Below are positions 35,301 through 47,600 of a stretch of DNA of 53,239 nt, piece after piece. A program made the position numbers and the translations under genes. Position 1 is the stretch's first letter, and the number at the start of each line of letters is the position of its first letter. Source of the DNA: Octopus bimaculoides (lineage: Eukaryota); NCBI RefSeq assembly GCF_001194135.2, contig NC_068986.1, forward strand, positions 39,065,942-39,119,180, written 5' to 3'. A model generated the notes under the pieces. That model ran no database searches. It was not told the origin of the DNA and worked only from the letters and a program-made list of their open reading frames with translations.

Positions 35301-38253
35301 CCTTTACTCAGAGACAGATACCTTTGGTTGCCAACAGAGGTAAAAGCTTTCCAAACTTTGTCAGTCCTATTCTTATTCTTTAAAAAAAAAAAGTTTAAAT
35401 TATGATCAATAAAACTTCCACACAATAACATGTCCAAGAAAAGATTCTAATTGTTTCCTGTCCTTTGGAGATTTTACATACTAAACAAAGCAACGTGGTG
35501 AGAACTATGGCCTTGTACTACTTGATGTGCATGTCTGTCTCACCTGGTCTAACATTTTTGTGGAGGTTGACAAATGTGGTGCTAGCTTTGCTAAGTTTGG
35601 CTTTCACTTTGTCATCAATGTTGATAGTTTGGGGGAGTGTACTTCCCAGGTAAGTGAACATGTCTATTTCATCTAGTCACTACAGACTGATGAAGATAGG
35701 TTCTGTGTATGTCATTCTCGGAACTGGTTGCTGCATCGTTTTATACAGATCCTCAAACCAAAACTGCCACAGGAACCAATTTATTTGGCAGTATGAGATT
35801 GTTCATCCACCAACCAATTACAAGAGCAAAAGAAACCTTTTAAATTTGTGATAACTATAATGGAATTTCCCTACTTTCCATTGCAGACAAGATTTTGGCC
35901 AGAGTGCTACTCAACAATGTCAGTGCACCATGAGCAGGACCTCCTACCAGAAAGGACACAGGACCAAAAACATGGTGTTTGCTGCTAGACAACTACAAGA
36001 GAAATGTCAGGAACAGGATGCCAACTTGTACACCATCTACATTGGTTTGACCAAGGCTTTCAAGACTGTTAGTAGAGAAGGCCTATAGAGAATTATCACA
36101 AAAGTACGGATGCCCCAGAAGATTAACCACCATCATATGACAACTACAAATGCCATGTTGGCCAAAATTTAAGATGATGATGAAACATCAGAACCATTCT
36201 GTCTCCAAAAGAGTGAAAACAGGGTTGTGTCTTTGGTCCCACTCTGTTCACCCTCATGTTTCCAGCCATACTGATAATGGAAAGCTAAAACCATCTTCTG
36301 TTGGATGTTGCTAATCCTTCATAATCTTTTAGCTAGTTGTTTTGTTAAGTCATTACTATGTATTCTTTTCTGTCAGTAGTAATTTGTCCCATGGCTAAAA
36401 ACCATGTAGCTTTATCACTCCTTCCTGATTCCTGCCACCCTTGTCTTTCCATGCTTGATACTCCATACCCACCACTGATAATTTGGGAAAACCTGGTGCT
36501 TCCCACTTAGTAACCTACCTGTTTCCTTCTCTTATTCTCACCAAGAACTATCATACTCAGTGCCTAACAATAAGATGCTTATTATTACTAATATTGAAGA
36601 TATCTACAGTGAATACTGTATGTCATACATGGATTGAGGTGGGTGAGAGTAATAATACCAAACGAAGCACAGATGAAACATCTATTCAAATGAGTTCCAA
36701 CTGTTGTATCTCTTCAGATACAGCAGATACCAATCAAATCATTGCTGGAGATCTGTTTCTCTTTCCAGGACACCATCATCAACGTTAAGTTAGGAGAGAT
36801 TGTTCAGATGCAGACTGGTATATATTGTGTGCAGGAAGTAAGCTGGAAAGGAGGGTGGTGGTGGTGCTCAACCAAACATGTTACAGGCAAGGAACAACAG
36901 CACAAATTCTGGGTTGATACCATCAACTGAGTGGGTGGTATAGGTATATCATTAGCTATGAAATGGGTAAAGTAAGTAAAGCAGTCAAAGTGAGTGATAG
37001 GACAATCCAGTTAATTATTGACAACTCAAGTGCTATTGAGAGAGGCAGCTGAATGTGGAGAATGCATAGGGGAGAAAGAGAGAGAATATTGCATGTAGAC
37101 CCAACAGATGGATTGACCACACAAATTTGACAGAAGTATAGTAGATAAGGTGATGAAAGATAAGCAGAAAAAAGCAGCTGACCCACTGGAATAGTTGCTG
37201 AGATGCTTAACAAATCTGACAAAGTAGGATATAGATTTTGTTCAAACTGTCCATGAGGTTAATACATTGCACTCTACACAAGTAAAACACTTGTGCCAAA
37301 AATATTTTTTAGAATTTTTAAGGATAACTTTTCCTCCAAAACACAAATGCCTCACCGTATCTTCTAACATTCAAACAGTGAAACTTCCCCATTCTGCTAC
37401 AATATCTGCTATAGTAGCAGCATCAGATATTACTCAAATTCAATGAGACAATAGCTTTAGCAATAAGACACTATCTGATTTGGGTTTGAATAGTAGTATG
37501 ATAAATAAGAGTAATGGAGCACTCATGTTTAAATGTGGCTCATTATGACCACATTGATATATTAGGAATAATGAACCCAATACAATAGAAAATTTATTGA
37601 ATAAACTAAAGGCTCAATCAGTAGTTAATAATAATACTAATATTGACAATGGAGCAAATATTTCTCCAATGGTTTCAAGACTGATTTACATAAGGTAGTG
37701 TAATTATAATGAACAAAATGGGAGCAAATCAGTGGATGTAACTGGAGAGTAGTAGATAAATGTCCATTAAATGGAGACTGCTTTCACAAGAACATTGTTT
37801 ATCAAAATACTGTAAGAACCCATAATAAGCGTAAATGTTATGTAGAGTATACAACAATGTCTTTTAAGAAATGTTTTTCTGTACTGTCACTCATTTTCTA
37901 ACCCTAAGCTTAGACATTCAACTTCTCTTGCAGAGTATATATTTAATTCAAAATCTAAGGGCAGAGAGTTTAAAAAGGAATGGAGTCTTATAAATTCAAT
38001 CAAACTGTACCAAAGGGAAGGACTGTCATCTATGTACAGTTGAAACACTTGAGATTCTTATAGCAGCTGAGAAGCTATTGAATAAAGAGAATTAAGTTAT
38101 AGCTGAGCAAAAGCATAGGTTTCCATAGACTTTCAAGTACATATCATGGAACACAAAGGAATTATTTGTGCATTAATAGAGGATCTGAAAGAGTAAACAT
38201 GCATATGTGTGTGTAAACATACACACATATCCATGCCTGCACCCCTCTTAATC

Positions 38254-38284
<31 letters not shown>

Positions 38285-41200
38285 TACAAACACATGTAGA
38301 TATAAGTGTATATGAATATGTAAAAGAATGCATGAATGCATACATATACACATGTATATACTCCCTATTCATCTGTTCTCATTCACATCCACTCATCCCA
38401 TCAGTTTGCACACTCTCTCTCTCTCTCATATATACATATGGCATGGATGGACTGGAAGAACGGTGGTAACAGGGAATTGCATCAGATTGCCAGAAGGGAA
38501 GCTAAGAGAAAGGTTTACTTAGCCAGAGGGGAAGCAGGTAAGAAAAAATTTGCCAATGCTCTGCATCGTGAGGACCAAAGACTAAGTGTTTCATGTTGCA
38601 AGACAGTGTGTGAGAGAGAATCGTAATGTCAAAGGAGAGAAATGTGTCTGCGTGGATGACAGCTCACTTGCATTTAATGAGGCTGCAAGGAGACTTGGAG
38701 ACGCCACTATGAAAGGTTGTTAAATGAAGAGAATGAATGGGAGAAAGACAGTCTACTGAAGGTCGACCCAACAGAGGGACCAGCTACCTATATTGACAGT
38801 ACCTTGGTAGATAAAGCAATTAAGAGTATGAAGACAGGGAAAGCCCCAGGCCCATCAGGAAACACTGCAGAGATGCTTAAACTATTTGGAGGTGTCGGCT
38901 ATAGTCTATAGTACATGAAGGAGTTATACCCAATGACTGATGTAGCAGCACCATAGTCAACTGCTACAAAGGTAAAGGTGATGCATTAGATACAAATAAT
39001 TACAGAAGTATCAAGTTGTTGGATCAGGTAATGAAAGACATGAAGAGGGTCCATAGCCCAACTAATTAGGGATAGAGTCAGTTTAGATGAGATGCAGTTT
39101 GGGTTGTGCCAGGGAAAAGCACCACTGATGCCAACCAATTTACAGAGAGTATTGCATGTTTTTTCCACGTCACCAGCACTAAGTTTGCCATGCAGATTGC
39201 AAGACTATGAACCCCAAGAGAAGTGGCTTTATGCTGGGAGATGAAGGGTTGAAGTCTGAGAGATTTTTTGATGGGGCTACATGGCTATTCACATTTTAGA
39301 AGAGATGGGGTGATCAAGAAAGAGATAAAAATAGCAGTGATGAGGCATCTGGGTGGACCCTCAACATGAGGTGAGTAAATGTGAATGAAGATAGGAAAGG
39401 GAGAGTGGCAGTTGCATATACACAGACATGTACATCTACATATGTATAAGTCTGTCTGCCTGTCTATACACACACACACACACATACATACAGGGTGTTT
39501 GTACTAAATTTGACGATTTTTTTCAGGAACAGCTTAAACAGTCATTGGCTTTGGAGAGTATGAAGATTAAAATATTGGAAAAGAGTTACCCGTATCATGA
39601 TGAATCACACTAGGTATCAAAATACTGGCACCAACATTCTGTGAAGACTAATGGTTGTAAGATGTGACAGATTATGAAGTCATGACCAACAGGGAGGGAC
39701 ACAGCAGGTGTTCTAACTGCATCTGCATGCTAAAATGCATCCTGACATCTTTTAACAGAGCCTTAGGCTTAACTCAGATGGTTACACAAAGCTGCCAGAG
39801 ACTTAGTCAAATCCCCGGCTGGTGATAGTTGCTGCTGGAAAGCCATACGTGTGGCAGCAAGATTTTGGCTCTTTGCCCTACCTCTAGAAAGAGTCAGAAG
39901 TGGTTGTTGAAGAATTTCTATAACTTCACCAGCCCCAATTTCAGGCCTCCTATTTCCATAAATTGTAATTACATTGATTATGATGCATGGGGTGTGGTTC
40001 AGAAACACACCACCCACTATACCTGCAAGACCAAGGAGATTTTGAAGATTTTCCCCAGTGACAAAGGAACACATGCACCAGGTTCTGGAGCTGTCTTGAA
40101 GTTGTGGTGGAAGCTGAGGGTGACTATTTTGAGTAAATTGTTATCTCCCAGCCATAATTGAGTTGATAGTTTTCGATTCTTTAAAAAAATACTTTTATTT
40201 TTGGATGGGATATTGTTTTCTTTTCCTTTTGTGCAAGCTGACAAATTTAACACCAAACATCTTGTACATAGACATATACACAGTGTTTGTATGCATACAG
40301 GATGTACTCTTGCATAAAAAGCCCCTATATTTTACAAGGATATTTTGCTGTAAAACAAATTGACTATTAATGATCTGTATATCATATTTAAAGTACATAT
40401 ACTGTAGAAAGCCTTCTAAATGGCTGTATTCATCTTGAGAAAGAATCCCTTATAGATGTATAGTGTTAAGAGATACAAACATATCAACTGCAGACAAAGA
40501 ATGCCCAGCTGATATATTTCTGTGTGTTTTAACTTTCATCACTAATAAAGAAATTGAGTACATTTTTAACATACACTTAGGGAAAGCTATTTTAAACCAT
40601 ACATAATGGCTATGTATGTAAATATGATGTTGAGACAGTATACTGGAGTGAAGTATGAAACTACATTTGTCATAAACAATGTTATGGGTATTGTGTCTCA
40701 ACTTGATCTTTTAGAGCAAATAATATAGTTGTTTATATTTTGATCAAGCAGTGTGATATTTCTTATTACCATGATCAAACAAGGGTAGCACACTACTGCT
40801 CAAGTTTTGTTGTAATCCACTCATAGAAAATAGCAGATGAAAGTTTGTGACTATTTCTTTCATCTTTCCAGAAGTTTTCATTTAGATAATAAATGCTTTG
40901 TAAAAGTAACACAGTCATTAAATAATGTAAGACGTGTCAGGTGTGGGTTATGCATGATGGGGAAGGAGCTGAGATCATGTGACCTCTTCACATAACCGCT
41001 GACGTAATGAAAGAAATTTTTCTGAAGCTCATGCTAACACTCAGTGATGATTTGGCTTGTTTTCAGTATTTTATTATTAGTAACAATTATGCCAAGCAGA
41101 CTTGTGCCCATCCAGCTTCCTAGCCTATGGCACTCAGTCTGCCATTTGCAACATGGTTACATTAGAAGCAGAGCAATTTTTTTTACACATTTAAAAATTA

Positions 41201-41597
41201 ATTAAAGCAGATCATATACACAAATAAACATGATACACACACACACACACAGGATTACCTCATAATACATGTGTCTGTTCTAAGATTTTTTTTAAAACAG
41301 TAAATAACTTTTAAGAAAGTCTTTCTACAAATACATATGTTTGTATACATACAAATGACACCTTGGGCAGGGGTTTTAAAGCCTTGTGAGTGGACTTGGT
41401 AGATGAAAAGTGAAAGAAGCCCACTGTATATGCATATATGTACAGATGCAGACATGGCTGGGTGGTTAAGCTCAGTTCAGAATCATTTGATTAGGGATCC
41501 AACCTTACAATGTGAATGCTGTTGGCTAATGTTCTACATTCTAAAGCCGAGGGTTGACCAATACTATGTGAGTGTAAATGGTAGAAAGAAACTGAAA

Positions 41598-41654
<57 letters not shown>

Positions 41655-44600
41655 ATACAGGCACTGTCACAGTTGTGTGGTTCAGAATTTTGCTTCCCAA
41701 CCACATGGTCTTGGGTTCAGTCCCAGTGTGGCACCTTGAGAAAATGACTACTGCAGATCTGGATAGATGAAAGGTTTGTGAATAGATATGGTAGACAGAA
41801 ACTGAAAGAAGTCTGTCATGTGTGTATGTGCATGTGCCCCGGGTTACCATCAAACAAGTGGTGTCATTCATTTTCAGTCTTCTGTGAAAACATATCCAGT
41901 CAAGGGGAGGTATCAGCTTGCTTGGAAACAAGGATAGGTATCAGGAAGGGCATCTGTCTGTGGAAAACCTGCCCTGACAAATTCCATCTCACTTATGCAA
42001 GCATGGAGAAACAAATGTTAAAATGATGATCATAACAATATGTGCCACCATCTGTGTGTGTGTGTGTGTTTGTGCAAATGACTTCATACTTCCCCCTCCC
42101 CATGTTTTTGGTGACTTAACAAAACAACATCACTATCACATTCAGATATCATATACTCAATCCACCACAAAAGCACATTGGAGTTTCTTGACATGTCTTA
42201 ATGTTGTGCCACCTTTATAAACAGAAGATACTAGCAACTATGTCCAGGCTGTTCGTTGTTTGATAGAATAGAAGATTACCTTGTTTGCAAACAAGTATAG
42301 GTTGGTGACAGGAAGGTCCTCCAGTGATAGAAAGTCTGCTCTGACAAAATCTGCCTGACCCATGCAAACACAGAAGAGTGGATATTCCAAAATGATTAAC
42401 ACAATGTATGTGTGTGAGGGGCAAGTTCATATTTCCCCTTATCTGCATATCTTATGCTCATTGATAAACTATGGCTATGTATACATGCATACTCACAAAG
42501 TTGAAAACCGAAAAATGATTACACAAACTTCCATCAGGCCTGCCAATCTCATTGTTCAAAAGATTTTTATTAATTTAAAAATCTTTTTTTCAAATATACA
42601 TATAATAAATGAAGATGAATGGGCAATGACAATTCAACACATACTACAAATGTTTCAATAGCATATTAATTTGTTTGCATTAGGTGTACTACTTTAGCCA
42701 AAATCATCACGCCAGCCAATTGATCAAGCATTTTGAACTATCAACAGAATATGGAGTGCTGATTTTTTTCCATTGATGGTTTAGAATGCTTGATGAAATG
42801 GCTTGTGATCTTGGCTAGTGTAATACACCCACTGTTAATAAATGATCATGCTACTGAAACATTTGTAGCATGTACTGAACTGTCATTGTCCAGCAATCTT
42901 CATTTATTCTATTTCTTCACCTTATGTGTGGCTAATGTTACTAGAAAGACAAGGCTTGCAAAATAATAGCATCAAACAGTTATGATCACATTATCTAATC
43001 TTGCAATTGGAAAATATAATGGGGATATTTATTAGTATTCCTACAGTGTACACCAATAGCCAGCTACATGTTGGAAGCTACCAAACTAATAACCACAATC
43101 TGCAAAATCCCAATCTCTCTCATATATATATATAAAAACATTGCAAACTTTGCAGATGGAAACTGCAAGAAACCTATGATGCAGGGGCACTGGCAACGAT
43201 CTCACTCGAAAATCCTACGGGAGCCAGTCAGGCGGTACTGGCAACGCTCAAAATGGTGCATCTCATGTGCCACCCGCACAAGAGCCAGTCCAGGGGCACT
43301 GGCAACGATCTTACTTGGCTTGCCGGGTCTTCTCACGCACAGCACATTTCCAAAGGTCTCGGTCAGTAGTCATCGCCTCGGTGAGGCCCAATGTACGAAG
43401 GTCTTGCCTCACCACCTCAGCCCAGGTCTTCCTGNNNNNNNNNNNNNNNNNNNNNNNNNNNNNNNNNNNNNNNNNNNNNNNNNNNNNNNNNNNNNNNNNN
43501 NNNNNNNNNNNNNNNNNNNNNNNNNNNNNNNNNNNNNNNNNNNNNNNNNNNNNNNNNNNNNNNNNNNNNNNNNNNNNNNNNNNNNNNNNNNNNNNNNNNN
43601 NNNNNNNNNNNNNNNNNNNNNNNNNNNNNNNNNNNNNNNNNNNNNNNNNNNNNNNNNNNNNNNNNNNNNGCATGGCTGTTCGTACGTATGCGTCATACAG
43701 TCTGCCTTTTACTCTGAGTGAGAGTCCCTTTGTCGCCAGCAGGGGTGAGAGCTCTCTAAACTTTGCCCAGGCTATTCTTATTCTAGCAGCTACACTTTCA
43801 GCGCACCCACCCCCACTACTAACTTGGTCGGCCAGATAGCGGAAGCTATCGACTACCTCTAGTTTTTCACCCTGGAATGAGATAGAAGTTGTTTCCTGTT
43901 TGTTTACAGTCTTTATTGCACCTGAACATCTGCCACAAACAAAAACTAACTTGCTAGTTAACCTGACTTTGATGTTGCTGCACCTCTTATGTGTCCATAG
44001 CTTGCACCGGGTACATCTTATAGAGTTACTACCTACTCCTTTTCTATATACTGAGCTCCAACTAATGAAATGATCTGTGATCAATTTGAATGATTATTGA
44101 TTTCAGAAATATATGTAGTGAAATATTTTAAAATACCATTAACTTGTTTTGTTTGTGTGTGTGCATATGTATATATTTACCACTGTTACTGAAGAAACTA
44201 TCAGATATTGTTATACACCACTGGTCACAATGCGCTTCCAATTCTTTCTTGATTGCACTCTTCTTTTCCATCTTGGTCCAAATCGTCGAACTGAATTGTC
44301 CTCCCACTGTCACGGAAGCCTTCTGAGTGGCCTTTTCCAAAATCTTGGATACCACTCAGCAACTGCATGAGTGCAACAGTGATATGTGAACCTTGCGACA
44401 TGTCTGGCTCAGCAGAATTTGTGCTTTTCGGCATTCTGTGACCACATTGTTCACGAATTACCTCAATTTAGATAGGCTCTCACAATGATATTCCTAGCAA
44501 GGATGTTTCCATGGCCCTTTGCATCATAACCAATCGATATTCTACCCTATTCACAGGCCATGTCACACTTGCATGTACATGAGTTTCTAACAACATCAAA

Positions 44601-47600
44601 GATCCTTCAGGGAGACATTCAAGGAACTTTATGATCATTTGAAACTGATTCCCATCTTTAAGAATAGAAAAAGTTTTGACTCCATTGTAAAACAAAATCC
44701 TCACCATCAAGCAGAAGTAATCAAGGCACCAACAGAACCCATATATCTCTGACCTTGTTGTCACAGCTCTTCTTAACATACTTTTAGTATGCCTTAGCCA
44801 AGTCCAGCCTGTTTCTCATGCAGAGAAGACAGTACATGACCTAGGATGAACACCATCTGCCAACTTAATGCAATTCACAGAGGTAACTACTTTTCTTTTA
44901 GACCCCTATGTTGGTGACAGAAAGAAAGGCTTCTTGGTATGCAAGAGACAAGCCCAAAGAGACTGTAACAAGCTCTGGCAACCAAGTATTTCAGAGCTGA
45001 CAAAGCAGGCCTTCTTCAGTGCATGTGTAGAGAGCATTCTCTAAGGAGATAACACCTGAACTATGAAGAATGAACTTGATGGTAGAAGGCTTAAACAGGT
45101 CATGTTGTGAGCAAAGAACCAAGGAGGACATTTTTTGAACACATTCTAGCAAACCCTACTCAAAGAAAGAGTAAGCTTTGATGTCCACTGCTATTGTGCT
45201 GAATAGGTCATATCAGATGTCATACTTATGGGGACTTCCACATGCTATACACTGATATTATGGCATAGACTATGGAATTGAGGACAGAGATTCCAGGCGT
45301 GGTGAGACGCATCTAGGTTGCAGCTGCTTATATATATATATATATATATAGGCGATCCTTCAGTATTTGTCTCTAGAGAGATGGTATGAGGAGACGACGT
45401 TATATACCCTCTTTTTCAGCCTAGCCTCTTTGTCACGAGGGACGTTGTGTGGGTGAATGAGGTGGTCTAATACTGAAGGACTGCCACACATACATATGCA
45501 GAAAGAGAAATATATATTCTTAAGCGTATGGGGCTCTTTCTTGCATGACTAGTCTTTTCAGTTTTTGGATAAAGTGTGTATATATATATATATATATATA
45601 AATAAAATCAAAATATCCCAATGCAACTATCTCCATACGAAATAGACAATGTGCACAATATTTTGAATGGGACAATCAAGATAAACTTATTTCGAGAAAC
45701 ACTTGAACGTAATATATTATATAAACACTGTATTATTTTATGTGTGCATGGTTAAAATGTAGTTATTTTCAAAATCGTTCAAAATTAACGGAACATTTAC
45801 TGTTGGGTGACTCAATTCTGAGTATAGTCAAATATATTATAAATTTCCGCGATGACAGGGACTAAAGCTCTAGTGAAGTGGTTGAGTAAGCTGTTAGGCG
45901 AAAGTTCCAGTCAATGCGAAATACAATATAGCATATTTTTGGTAATTATTTAAGTTAACGAATATGATGTAAGTATACATGGTTATCAAATAAATTATAT
46001 AATTTTACTTTAACTGCTTAAACAGAAAGCATCAAACTTGTTATAACGTTGTAATCAAGCAGATTATGCTAAAAGAACTCCCACGAAAACTGTAGATGTT
46101 TATATTCTAAAAGGAACATTATTTTTTTTATCCTATAGCTAATATCTCCCAACTTTAAGGGGATTTCTTTTTTAAAGCTTAACTTTTTGAAAATTATGAA
46201 AATATTAAATTGTACTTTTAAGCGAATTGAAATATGAAATATATTTTCTCGAGATACTGGAGTAAAATCTTTCTGGAAGGAACTAAGTTATATAATTGTT
46301 ATGCTATGTATAAAGAATATCAAAACGCTGGAGCTGCTTTCAGCATACAATTCTAAAACCAGTTGTTCTATCCAGTTTTATTAAATGGCGTTGGATATTA
46401 CGTCATGAGTAAGATAACAACACCTTCGAAACTATTTCCGTTGTTGAATTCATTAGATCAGAACCTCTTACAATAGTTAAAAACAATGTATTGTACGATA
46501 TACTTCTGTCATGTGCAACAGGGCAGATTTAAATCTGAGAGAAAAATAAAAAAAGGAAATAAAATACACGCACATAAATAGAAGAAAAAAAATTCGAAGC
46601 TAACTGTAGTGCTAACTTAATCAAACGTTACGTTATCTCGGCAATTATTCAAGCTTATAAATAGGACTTAACCAATAGGTATTAATAGCTGTGATTTTGT
46701 AGTATCTTTACTCCTCCCTCTCATATATAGATCCATATAAACATGCAAGGAATGTTATTGCATTAAGTAACGAATTGATTCTTTGAAGAAATAGAACGAA
46801 GACGAAAATTTTCAGCAAATTATGAGTGCTTTGCTGACAACCAATGAACACATGGAAAAACTATCTAATTCAGCCGGTCTTTCATCGCCTGTCAGTAATA
46901 GCGGGGACATGTTTCTATTGTATTTCAGTAGTTATTTTCATTCATCGGTTCTGTAGGAATTTAAGGCGTTGAATATGATACAATTAACACCGGCAATTAG
47001 TTTCATTTTAACAAGGAGTTATAACCTGCCTTGAGTTAACACAAGAATATATTCGATTTGGTGTTAAGCAGAGTTTTTAATAAAAAAAAAAAAAATTTCT
47101 CTATCGCCATTACTGGAGCAATTTCCCTGTTTCATGGCACTAAGTGGTTGAGACTAGTCTCCCCCTGGATAGGGCACCAGTCCATTAACAAGTTTCGTCC
47201 ATCCGAGTTCAATAAGTTCGAATATTACAATAGTTACATCCCAAAGTACCAATTTATGGCTAGCTGAACTCGTCTGGCGAGTGTTAAATGTGGTCATGAA
47301 GATAACTAAAACGCAAATGTCGGCCAAACCTTAACACAACCCACCAAGCTGCGACAGTAGTTTAATAGCAAAATAAAAACAAAAATATTACATAGAGATA
47401 AATAAAGGAAAGCTACCAACACACACATTAGGGCAATTTACCAATAAATTTCTTCTGCATATCTCATTTCAATATTATTCGAAAAACTCAGCCTAACCCG
47501 ATTACTAGTCTGAATTGTAACCATCACTCCATAATTAAGTAAAGCTGCAAGAAAACTACGTAAAATGTTAAACAATTCGAAAAGTTTGTGTTTACACTTA

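Noticed and set aside
40630-40702. Hairpin GTTGAGACA...TGTCTCAAC as a possible miRNA or snoRNA
   Set aside because: Only a 9-bp perfect stem with a large loop, and no convincing C/D or H/ACA boxes.
40975-41010. TCATGTGAC and TGACGTAA motifs as an intronic promoter
   Set aside because: Two short motifs in a CpG-poor context are expected by chance.
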